A stretch of 63,273 nucleotides of DNA, the filler included, from Octopus bimaculoides (lineage: Eukaryota), in NCBI RefSeq assembly GCF_001194135.2. It is 3 parts of 3 records of this genome, joined end to end, with 100 filler letters (N's around TTAATTAATTAA, not from the genome) between each part and the next. Parts side by side here need not be neighbours in the genome. Positions count along the whole stretch, not along the records: positions 37,174 to 63,273 come from NC_068987.1; 2 more parts are not named here. One strand, given 5' to 3'. The notes under the pieces are model-generated. The model did no database searches, had not been told where the DNA came from, and saw only the letters and a program-made list of their open reading frames with translations. Numbering within the stretch: position 1 is the stretch's first letter; the number at the start of each line of letters is the position of its first letter. The translations under genes and the position numbers were made by a program. Shown one piece after another: positions 53,178 to 63,273 of this stretch.

Positions 53178-53342
53178 AACGCCTGGAACGAAATCCTCAA
53201 ATGGATATAAAAAAAACCCAGAATTAGTAAAAGAAGAGAAAAAGATGACCGGCACGCTAGGTGTCCGGTGGCGAAAAGGCAGAAATGAGAATATTAGTCA
53301 CGGGTCACGTGTGGGCAGTAGATAGAAGGAAAGGAGGATGAG

Positions 53343-53433
<91 letters not shown>

Positions 53434-53857
53434 ACAGGGGAATGAAGGAAAAAGTCTACAATTGTGAGAAGACAAAAGAAAGGGAGAGATGAAGTAGGGA
53501 TGCTAGAAAAGGAATATTAGGACGAGAGAGAAAGAAAGAAAGAGTAAGTTTTTATATATATTTTTTGCGATCCTCTTTCTCTTTCATCCTAATATGCCTT
53601 TTCTAGCATTCTTACTTCCTCTTTCCCGCTTTCTCGTCTTCTCACACTTAATTGTAGACTATCTCCCTTCCCTCTGTTTGCTCTCTCTCTCTCTCTCTCA
53701 TCCTCCTTTCCTTCTATCTACTGCCCACACATGACCCGTGACTAGTTTTCTCATCTCTGCCCTTTCGTCACCGGACACCTAGCATGCCGGTCAACTTTCT
53801 CTCTTCTCTTATAAATTCCATTATTTTATATCCATTTGAGGATTTCTTCCAGGCGTT
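53178..53857. repeat. Long foldback inverted repeat with arms of about 300-360 bp
   Basis: Left arm AACGCCTGGAACGAAATCCTCAAATGGATATA...TGACCGGCACGCTAGGTGTCCGG...(GA)n... is mirrored by the reverse complement of about 53570-53857. Confidence 0.95.
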
Positions 53858-54995
53858 ACCCATCATTCTCGTGTTTGACCGAAAGGCTTTAGTTATTGTC
53901 TTCGTCTATCGTTTCAAACTACATTTGCTTACTTTCGTACGTCCACCCTGTATTGCCTTGTTTGCTCAAGCCCTAATTCTACGCAAATCTTGTGGGTGTC
54001 GCCGATATACGAAATTCCCAGTATTATCATTAAAGGCACGAAACTAGGTATTAGAAGTTTTCGGTCGATAACTGATGAAGAATTACGGTCCTTCTGTGTC
54101 TGTTCCACGTGTACGTTTTGTAGTATTTAATGCATTTTTCAGTTGAGTAAATGAATTCTACGCATCCCGACTTTTACACACACACACACACACACACACT
54201 TGATTCTTATTTCGGCTCTTGTGCCCACAGCGGAGAGGATTATTCATATTATTATTATTATTTTTCCTTCCTCTTATTTTCTTTTCCCCGTTTCATGTCA
54301 TTGTCAATGATTTTTTATCGTAATTTTATAGGTTCATAATTTTTTTCATAATATTTGTTGTCTTTTCCCAATATTTGTTAGGAAGAAAAGGAAAACAAAG
54401 CAAAACAAAACAAAACAAAAAACAGATGCAACACATTGAAGACTATCACAGTACAAAGAAATCAAGAACAAGCAGCGGCTCAACAATGATTTATATTGTC
54501 AGTAAAAATAATAATGGCAGACGTGACTTTTATTGATGTTATACAAATTAACGTGTAAAATGTAAAAACTGAAGCACACAAAACACACACAACACAATAA
54601 TGATTACTCTAATGTTATTGAATTGTCAACAAGAAACAAAAGCATCCATCACCTCCCCATCATATTATTATGTTGAAAGGTCGATGAGAGTGACAAGCAC
54701 GATCCAAGTGAACGGACTGCTCAGAGCATATGTCTATAGATTGGAGGAGAATAGCTGGGGAGAAACGCACTTGTCTTTGTGGTCAGGGTGACCGTGGTTT
54801 TTTCATGGTGCTTTCACGTATATCCAGCGGAGATCTCTTTTGGGAGAATTTTTCTTTGTACTCTTTTGTTTTTTCTTTTTGTATTATTTCTCATGCTTAC
54901 ACGCATCTTTTTTTTAAATGGTACGCCTGCATTGTATCGTATCGTAACGCTCTCGCTCTTTTTGGCAAAACTGTAGCTAATAAAGTACTGCTGTT

Positions 54996-55031
<36 letters not shown>

Positions 55032-55689
55032 CTTCTTCTTCTTCTTCTTCTTCTTCTTCTTCTTCTTCTTCTTCTCCTCCCCTCCTGCTCCTCCTCCTCC
55101 TAATTATTGTTATTATTATTATTTTGATTTTGTATTGGTAAGAAGCCCCTTTCGGATCGTTCTTAAATTTTGATACATATCAGCTATATTTTAAAACGTC
55201 TACTGCTAAAAGTTCCATTCTATTTTGTTGTTAAACTCACCAGGATCCCAAAGAACTGGCCAATTCCGTTTAGTTTTGGCCCTTCCGTTTCAGTTTTGGG
55301 ACGGAATTATTATTATTTTTTCTGTAATTTACCCATCTTAGAAAAAATATCAAAGTATGGCATTTGGAGTGGCAGTCTTGATGCCGCCTTCTCCGTCTTA
55401 ATGGCCACAAACCAAAACAGCAGCAACAGCAGCACCTCCGCCATCACTGTAACACGTAGCGGCGATGGCGGCAACAAATTAACAGCAGCAATGGCAACAA
55501 AAAACGCAAAAATGGACAGTGATAGTAACACCTCTACTTTCGTCGCCATCTTCCGCTCCACCGTTGCTGCAATAAATTGCAACGTCAGCAACAACAATGA
55601 CGACGAAAACAAAAGTGAAACCCCCCCCCAAAAAAAGCCGTGACAGCAGCAACAGCAGCACCACCACCACCATCACAAACAACAACAAC

Positions 55690-56960
55690 AACTGAGGGTT
55701 TCCTTCATTTTTATTTCTTTTGATTTTGTCGCTTTCTAAAATTCCCAGATATTTATGTTTCTTATTTCTTTATTGACCATTAGGGGCTAGACATAGAGGG
55801 GACAAACAAGGACAGACAAAGGGATTAAGTCGATGACATCGACCCCAGTGCGTAACTGGTACTTATTTAATCGACCCCGAAAGGATGAAAGGCAAAGTCG
55901 ACCTCGGCGGAATTTGAACTCAGAACGTAGCGGTAGACGAAGTACCGCTAAGCATTTCGCCCGGCGTGCTAATGATTCTGCCATCTCACCGTCTTAATAA
56001 ATGCAGCCAGAATAATGCTAAGCATTTTGCCCGGCATTCTAACGTTTCTACTAGCTCACCAGATATTTATATGTTTCTTCCGCGTCTAATAGTTTAATAT
56101 ACTCAACATTAGGTAAATTTCTTCCAGCACTTTTTATTCCTCGCTTCATCTTTATCATTACACATTTTTCGATTCCAAAAGTCATCCCAATATTCTTACT
56201 AAATATTCTTACATTTTGTATCAAGGAATCCATTTGACTCCTGCCTTTGCTACAGAGCTTTAAATCATAAACAGAAAGTAGTTCCCCTATTCTCTCTCAA
56301 CGAGTACCCTTCTTAAGCTTTATTTAGTATAATCGAAAAAGGGATCAGTGCGATTACCGATTCCTTTGTTACTGATCCCATCTTTACTAGACGGAAGAAA
56401 TGCTGTCTCCATGAAAGAATCTTTTTCTGATCTATACAATTTTTAATCTTTCCTCTCCTGATGTCAACTCTATTCCCTAGTCTCGTATTGCATATTCTAA
56501 CTAGTACGTACTCAATGTTTTCTGACACCTCAAAGAATTATAGGCATCGCTTGATCCACGACTGTGAGATTAAATCGTATACTTTTCTATAATCATTCCA
56601 CGCAATCCATGCATTTTAAAATCGTCTGCAAATTCTCAAAACTATTTTGTTGAGCATTAATTGCTTTTTTGTTCCTCTGTTTTTTATACAAAAGGTTTTC
56701 TGTTCATCAGGAATTAGATGTTTCTCAAATGGCTGTTAATATATCTCTTCTACAATTATCCCTGTTAGGAGTTTTCACATAATTGGTACACATATAATTG
56801 GTTGGCATTCTGAGACATTATTTCCTTTCAATTTGTCCTTCAGTATCTTTTGTTAGTCTAGTCACAATAGTATTCCCTCTTTGATATGCACTAATTTAGT
56901 TGTATCCCTATATCTTCATAGAGTCTCGTAAACCCTTTTAGTCAGTATCCATCCATCCAC
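55690..56960 (-). mobile_element. R4/Dong-like non-LTR RT remnant interrupted by a SINE
   Basis: MDSLIQNVRIFSKNIGMTFGIEKC...EETYKYL, resuming after the SINE (with a 1 nt indel) as ETYKYLGILESDKIK near 55700-55765. Confidence 0.8.
55782..56058 (-). mobile_element. tRNA-derived SINE, family A, with a duplicated head
   Basis: Family A core. GCTAAGCATTT(C/T)GCCCGGC occurs twice. Flanked by CCAGATATTTA(TA)TGTTTCTT at 55745-55763 and 56059-56079. Confidence 0.9.
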
Positions 56961-57377
56961 CACAAGCCCATATCAAGTGCTTCTATGTCATTGTTTCAAC
57001 GAAAACCCACTGTTGTTGTTGTTTAACACCAGGTCAGTCCTCAGGACAGTTCAACTAGGATCATTCAATATTTTTTAAGTGTGTCCAGAAATCCGTTATC
57101 CTATATGTTCTCTCTTTCGAGATAATGAAATGTAATTAGAGGGAGAATTTGCTACTATTTTCAGTATAGATGTTATCTTGATGTGTAATGCGTCCGTGTG
57201 TTTGTATTCGATTTTATGAGTTAATATATATGTGTTGGGGTTTTCAGTGTGTATGTATTTGTGAATATATATTTGAGTGTATATGTATTTATATGTGTGA
57301 AAATACACACGTATCTGTACGTGTCATGAAAACAGCTATTTAATATATAATTTTCCTTTTTAAATTTCATTATCTAG

Positions 57378-57497
57378 GCATGGCAGCCGAGTTGTTCTAC
57401 CATGATAAAATCGTAGCATTCATTGGTCCTGCTTGCACATATGCTGTCGAACCGACCAGCCTCATGGCATCGTATTGGGATATTCCATTAATTACAG
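57378..57497 (+). CDS. NPR/receptor-GC-like protein, coding exon 2 (120 bp)
   Basis: Acceptor TTATCTAG|GC and donor ACAG|GTAAGT, phase 1-1. GMAAELFYHDKIVAFIGPACTYAVEPTSLMASYWDIPLITG carries the GPxC and WxxPxIT motifs of the ANF-receptor domain. Confidence 0.93.
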
Positions 57498-58719
57498 GTA
57501 AGTTGCTATTTTATTTCTTTTTATTAGTGGTGCGTCCGGAGTTAGCTTGCGAGGACGTCATTGTATCTCTCGGTAGGATATACTGGCCTGCCTCATTCAT
57601 TGTTTTTTCCTGTAGAACATAGAAGATAAACGATATATATTTTTGAGAGGATAATTTGGAGTATTAGTGACATAAGATGGATGTAAACATCTTTCCTTCG
57701 AGATTAGTAACAGCTTCGTGGATTCTGTTTGCTAGAACCCTACTCTCACAATTGGACACACTTGTTTACTACATAACTCGGCAATGTACATTTATTTTCC
57801 GAAAGCGCACTTGAAAATTTTCAATAAGCACTCGATACATTCACAATGCTTCTGCTGCATATAATGGTGATTTAACCCGATTTATTGCTTGTTCGTTATC
57901 TATTAAAACATAGATTGCAAATGGTAAGTATTTTCATTGAGGCCAGCGTTGCGATATGTTCATAACAAAGATACATAACATTTAACACCCGTTTCAAAGT
58001 TAGTTCAATGAAAGCTCCATAGGATGATATGCTATTGTTAAATCCTAGTTAGCCTCGATTGAGTACATCTATGATCAAAGGTACTCCAATCGTGGCCATC
58101 CCATTTTTATGTATCTCTAGCACTACGTTATGTCCTACTTCTTTTTTTAAGACAGTGGAGTTGTGATTAGGGAGAATTTGTTTGCAATTTCTAACAGGTC
58201 GAGCGACTACGTAGAGGATCCCTCGTTGGTACATCAGGTAGTAATGAGGGTTTTGTGATCGAGCAATATTAAGTTCAAATATAAGTACTTGGTGGGAGAC
58301 AATACGAGAGCACACCATTGAATTACTACATGAAGAATGGAAGCTGAGTGTTGACCCAACGACCAAATTAAGTTACAAAGCTAATTACCATCATATTGAT
58401 TCAAACCCTGTTATCAGTCACAGTCACGCTGCAACTCTAGCCTGTAGGTGTGCTGTCTCCTCTCTCTATCTATTATTCTCTGTATTCTTTCTATTCTACC
58501 AATGCTTTGATGGCTCTGTCTTGTGCCTCTTCCATTTAAGCGCTCCCATCTCTCTTGTCTTTCCACCTCTAGTCAGCCTTATTGTTTCCACTTCCAAACC
58601 CACGCTACTATTATTCCCATTCCTTCCTCTAAAATCACATTCCTTCTCATGTCCTAGTTGCAGGTGTTAACTTGTAACAGTTTAAGCAAAGCATTAACGG
58701 CCTCTGTCTCACCGTTCCT

Positions 58720-59174
58720 GGAGGGTTGCAAAAGTCGTGGTACTGTTCCTTTTCCCAGATCCAGCAAATAAAAAGAGAGCAAGTGGCTTCTCTATGTCTT
58801 TGACTAAGCCGTTAGTCAGGTCGAGTAGACTATCCTGCTCAAAAGGTCTCTGAATAAGGGTTGTTTAAGGATGTTGAACGTAACACCTATGTTTCAAAAG
58901 GTGAATTATCCAAACCCCAAAGAATTCCTTTCAACACATGGCTATGATGCTCTCCCACTACTTCTGCTCGTGATCAGAGATGCACATATCGTCAGCCACT
59001 AAGGAACATGCTCAACTAGTTAAAGTCAAATAACTAACAAGTAAATCTTTGGTATTGAGCAGAATATTTGCTATAGCCCATCTTTTATACCAAGACAAAA
59101 CAATGTACATGATAACACTTCCAATCAGTTAAGATCAGAAGCCATGAGAGCCAATGCCTGGTACTGCATCAGGG

Positions 59175-59178
<4 letters not shown>
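58720..59178 (-). repeat. Interspersed SINE-like repeat ending at a (TTA)n tract
   Basis: Non-coding, higher-complexity block bounded by a microsatellite. I recognise it only from memory as an abundant octopus repeat; it is single-copy in this window. Confidence 0.4.
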
Positions 59179-59242
<64 letters not shown>

Positions 59243-59399
59243 GTTTGGCTTTTCTTTGTATTTATACAAGTTGACTCCAAGTCTCACCCAGAGACTTCAT
59301 GAGACAAGTTAGAAGTTCAAGTTAGTATTATGACTAAGGTGCCATATATTTGGTTTTACACAGAGTATTGTTCTAGAGAATGTCTGTCAAAACATAAAG

Positions 59400-60860
59400 T
59401 AAACTGGAAGTTTGTTTCAAAAGTAATTTGATTATAAGATGATTGTCTGATATTAAGATGACAGTAAAAGGTATATGCTGTTATGTACATCTGAAAGTAT
59501 TTTGACATTGTTTACGGATTAAAATATTTTTGGGATTACATAAACAATATTTTACATAGGATATGAGCAGTTCTCATGAACACTATTTTTAGAATTTCTT
59601 CAATTTTTGGATTTCCTGGTATCTGAGCTAGGTAGCAATCACCCCCTATTGCTATCATTCTTAGGGTACCTATGACAACAGATATTGTTTTAGTCTTGAG
59701 GCTCCATATTTTGCCAATTTCTATTTCAAGATCTTTATATTTGTTCAGTTTTTGGTAGGTCTTGACAGATACATTTATATCGATTAGGACAGTCATATCG
59801 ATGAGGAGGCATGATTTTTGTCTGAAGTCTTTCAATATAATATCTGGCCCATTTGCATCTATCTTCCTGTCTGTTTGAACGGTGAAGTTCTAAAGGAGTA
59901 TTCCCAATAGTTTTTATAATGAGGAAGGTCCAAGTCTTTGCAAATTACCCAGTGAATATACTGTGTTGCTCTATTATGCCCGTTGAGATACTTTGTAGGC
60001 GCAAGAAGACTGCACATGGAGACATCATGATTGATGGTTTCATTTTGTTGTTTACATACACGACATATTGGGCTACTATCGTTCTTTAAGATGTTGGCCT
60101 GCAAGCTTCTTGTAGGTAGGCATTGATCTTGGGCTGCTATGATAAACCCGTCTGCCTCTGATTTTAAGCCAGAAGATACTAACCATTGATGGGTAAGGGT
60201 TTTGTCAACATCGACATTTTTAGTTCTCTATGGGTATTTGCCATTGAGAAGGTTTTCTTGCCATTTATCAGTAAGAACATCTAAAGCAGCAGCTTTAGCA
60301 CGAGTTTTCAGACGCTTAACTTTTGCTGTGTTGGATTCCAGCAGGTCTAATTCTAGGATTGTTGTATTTGGAATTCACTTAGATATTTCTTTGCCTGTTT
60401 TATTACTGAGTATGATGTTTTCTTGTTTTCATGCTTTAAGACAAGTTTTAACATCTAATCATCAAAGTTTTTCAGGTAGGTGTTTAGGCCAATTGTGATA
60501 GTCATTGTTAATTCCAGTTGTAAAAGTCCACAGCCACCTTCTTTTCTTGGCAGGTAAAGTCGTTCTATATCTGCCTTAGGGTGGTGCATTCTATGCATTG
60601 TCAACAATTTTCGTATTTTTCTGCCAAGATATCAGTAATTGACCAGTTAATGATATTGAAACCTTAAATCACGACCGGTATCGCTAAAGTATTGATCGCT
60701 TCGATCTTGTTTCTTGCGTTCAGCTCTCTCTTGGGTATTGCCCTTACTCTGCGATAACATTCCTTTCTGATCTTTTCCCTAATCATCGAATGTTTGATTC
60801 CATTGCCTTCAAATACCCCTAGGTATTTGTAGCTCCCCGTTGGTTCTAGCTCCTTTATGA
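59400..60860 (-). mobile_element. R4/Dong-like non-LTR retrotransposon 3' half
   Basis: YKYLGV...KECYRRVRAI...ELNARNKIEAINTLAIPVV; CRVCKQQNETINHDVSMC (zinc knuckle); LLIDMTV...KYKDLEIEIGKIW...VVIGTL (restriction-like endonuclease). Confidence 0.92.
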
Positions 60861-60950
60861 TCTTGTTGTTGTTGTTGCTGTTGTTGTTGTTGTTGTTGTT
60901 CTTCTTCTTCTTCTTCTTCTTCTTCTCCTCCTCCTCCTCCTCCTCCTCAC

Positions 60951-61022
<72 letters not shown>

Positions 61023-61036
61023 CATTATTATTATTA

Positions 61037-61255
61037 AGGCCGCGATATGGCAGAATCGTTAGCACGTCGAGCGAAATGCTTAGCAGTATTTCGCTTGCCG
61101 CTACATTCCGAGTTCAAATTCCGTCGAGGTCGACTTTGCCTTTCATCCTTTTGGGGTCGATAAAATAAGTACCAGTTGAGTACTGGCGTCAATGTAATCG
61201 ATTTTCTCCATCTCCTGATATTGCTAGCTTTAGGCCAAAAATTGAAATGATTATT
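61037..61255 (+). mobile_element. tRNA-derived SINE, family A, directly upstream of the exon 3 acceptor
   Basis: Family A head and core; the tail runs into TTTTTGTTTTCAG. Confidence 0.9.
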
Positions 61256-61272
61256 ATTACTTTTGTTTTCAG

Positions 61273-61563
61273 GTCTTGGTGATAACGGAAAGTTCAAAAA
61301 CAAAACCATTTATACAACGATGACCCGGATGTCGTTTTGCCAGTGTAGAATCCGCCGAGTGCTCTCCAGTGTCTTCCACTATTACCATTGGAAAAATATT
61401 TCACTTATATATGACGTCAGTGACGCTAATTCGGATGTGTTGGGAAACAGCTTGAAAGACGGTCTTGTGAAGTCTGGCTTCGAACCGAACGTTATTTCTT
61501 TCAACGGAATTTTTAACACTAGCTTACGTTATTATTTACAGTCAGCATCTAGTAGATCCAGAA
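61273..61563 (+). CDS. NPR/receptor-GC-like protein, coding exon 3 (291 bp)
   Basis: Acceptor TTTTGTTTTCAG|GT and donor AGAA|GTAAGT, phase 1-1. GLGDNGKFKNKTIYTTMTRMSFCQCRIRRVLSSVFHYYHWKNISLIYD...LQSASSRSR has the ANF-receptor pattern (TxTR, F..Y.W....LIYD, ending SR). Confidence 0.93.
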
Positions 61564-61699
61564 GTAAGTAGAAAAAGCTTTCGCCCATCAATGCAATACA
61601 AAGAAAAAATTCTCGTTAATATTCAATGTTGTGTGTATTTGTGTATCTATGTATGTGTGTGTATTTGTGTGTGTGTGTGTGTGTGTGTGTTATTTCTTT

Positions 61700-61921
61700 A
61701 CTACCCACAAGGGGCTACACACAGAGTCGACAGACAAGGACAGACAGACGGATTAAGTCGATTCTATCGACCCCAGTGCGTAACTGATACTTATTTAATC
61801 GACCCCGAAAGGATGAAAGGCAAAGTCGACCTCGGCGGAATTTGAACTCAGAACGTAGCGGCAGACGAAATACCGTTAAGCATTTCGCCCGGCGTGCTAA
61901 CGTTTCTGCTAGCTCGCCGCC
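61700..61921 (-). mobile_element. tRNA-derived SINE, family A
   Basis: Full minus-strand copy, inverted relative to 61037-61255 and 63047-63273. Confidence 0.92.
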
Positions 61922-62695
61922 TTATTTGTGTGTGTATGTGTGTGTGTGTGTGNNNNNNNNNNNNNNNNNNNNNNNNNNNNNNNNNNNNNNNNNNNNNNNN
62001 NNNNNNNNNNNNNNNNNNNNNNNNNNNNNNNNNNNNNNNNNNNNNNNNNNNNNNNNNNNNNNNNNNNNNNNNNNNNNNNNNNNNNNNNNNNNNNNNNNNN
62101 NNNNNNNNNNNNNNNNNNNNNNNNNNNNNNNNNNNNNNNNNNNNNNNNNNNNNNNNNNNNNNNNNNNNNNNNNNNNNNNNNNNNNNNNNNNNNNNNNNNN
62201 NNNNNNNNNNNNNNNNNNNNNNNNNNNNNNNNNNNNNNNNNNNNNNNNNNNNNNNNNNNNNNNNNNNNNNNNNNNNNNNNNNNNNNNNNNNNNNNNNNNN
62301 NNNNNNNNNNNNNNNNNNNNNNNNNNNNNNNNNNNNNNNNNNNNNNNNNNNNNNNNNNNNNNNNNNNNNNNNNNNNNNNNNNNNNNNNNNNNNNNNNNNN
62401 NNNNNNNNNNNNNNNNNNNNNNNNNNNNNNNNNNNNNNNNNNNNNNNNNNNNNNNNNNNNNNNNNNNNNNNNNNNNNNNNNNNNNNNNNNNNNNNNNNNN
62501 NNNNNNNNNNNNNNNNNNNNNNNNNNNNNNNNNNNNNNNNNNNNNNNNNNNNNNNNNNNNNNNNNNNNNNNNNNNNNNNNNNNNNNNNNNNNNNNNNNNN
62601 NNNNNNNNNNNNNNNNNNNNNNNNNNNNNNNNNNNNNNNNNNNNNNNNNNNNNNNNNNNNNNNNNNNNNNNNNNNNNNNNNNNNNNNNNNNNNNN

Positions 62696-62745
<50 letters not shown>

Positions 62746-62797
62746 TAATAATAGTAACATCGTTAGGAATGAGAACCCAGGTTCGAAATTTCCCCAA

Positions 62798-62842
62798 GAC
62801 ACCTGACGAAGGCTGGAGGGTATATCAGCCGAAACGTTGTGC
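62798..62842 (+). ncRNA. Minimal type I hammerhead ribozyme motif in a PLE-type repeat
   Basis: CAC (stem I) CTGACGA A GGCTG-[10 nt loop]-CAGCC GAAA CG T T GTG (stem I'). Core boxes are intact and stem III is the palindromic AACGTT. Confidence 0.75.
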
Positions 62843-63046
62843 TAACAACAAACAAGATGAGGACAACTATCCGACAAATGTAAATAATGTAAATAATGTA
62901 AATAATTCCTCATCTCTTAAATATAGAACTGTATAAAGTATCTGTCAACTATTAAAACCAATTTAAGCGACTACACGTTTACGTAGAATTTTTTTGTTTC
63001 TTTTGGTCTTTCTACCCATACTAGAAATCACATTTAGAAATCACAA

Positions 63047-63273
63047 AGGCGGTGAGCTAGCAGAAACGTTAGCACGCCGGGCGAAATGCTTAGCAGTAGT
63101 TCGTCTGCCGTTACATTCAGAGTTCAATTTCCGCCGAGGTCGACTTTGCCTTTCATCCTTTCGGGGTCGATAAATTAAGTACCAGTTACGCACTGGGTCG
63201 ATGTAATCGACTTAACCCCTCTATCTGTCCTTGTTTGTCCCCTCTATATTTAGCCCCTTCTGGGCAATAAAGA
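63047..63273 (+). mobile_element. tRNA-derived SINE, family A
   Basis: GGCGGTGAGCTAGCAGAAACGTTAGCACGCCGGGCG head plus family A core. Confidence 0.92.

Noticed and set aside
55690-60860. Two R4/Dong pieces meeting at YKYL as one rearranged element
   Set aside because: The 56 kb piece has its own continuation at 55690-55765, so these are separate insertions.
60664-61168. Poly-N/E/K and poly-L/F/S ORFs, and similar ones at 37898-38275, 54730-55173 and 55170-55691
   Set aside because: They are translations of triplet microsatellites with no domain or splice support.

Overview
AT-rich, microsatellite-dense, gap-containing eukaryotic DNA. The SINE families and repeat landscape look like an octopus (coleoid cephalopod) genome; this is my recognition, not a database result. 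Two host genes are supported. One is the last coding exon of FAHD1 (+, 22887-23378). The other is the first three coding exons of a natriuretic-peptide-receptor / receptor-guanylyl-cyclase-type protein (+, 38276-61563, with an 18.8 kb intron between coding exons 1 and 2), which runs off the window. Most of the rest is decayed transposable elements: three Penelope-like elements, RTE, CR1, R4/Dong, HERO-like, CRE-like and Tx1/L1-like LINEs, a Helitron Rep fragment, mariner/Tc1, hAT, MITEs, a Gypsy protease fragment, an LTR-like segment and many tRNA-derived SINEs. Most short ORFs in the track are artefacts of microsatellites, N-gaps or antisense frames. I cannot establish a new biological system. 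The most interesting signals are RNA-structural: hammerhead ribozyme motifs (one with an intact core), a Penelope element with ~1 kb inverted terminal repeats, inverted SINEs bracketing a frame-preserving receptor exon, a 680 bp intronic foldback, and a microsatellite-built in-frame uORF ahead of the receptor start. Boundaries of degenerate repeats are approximate.
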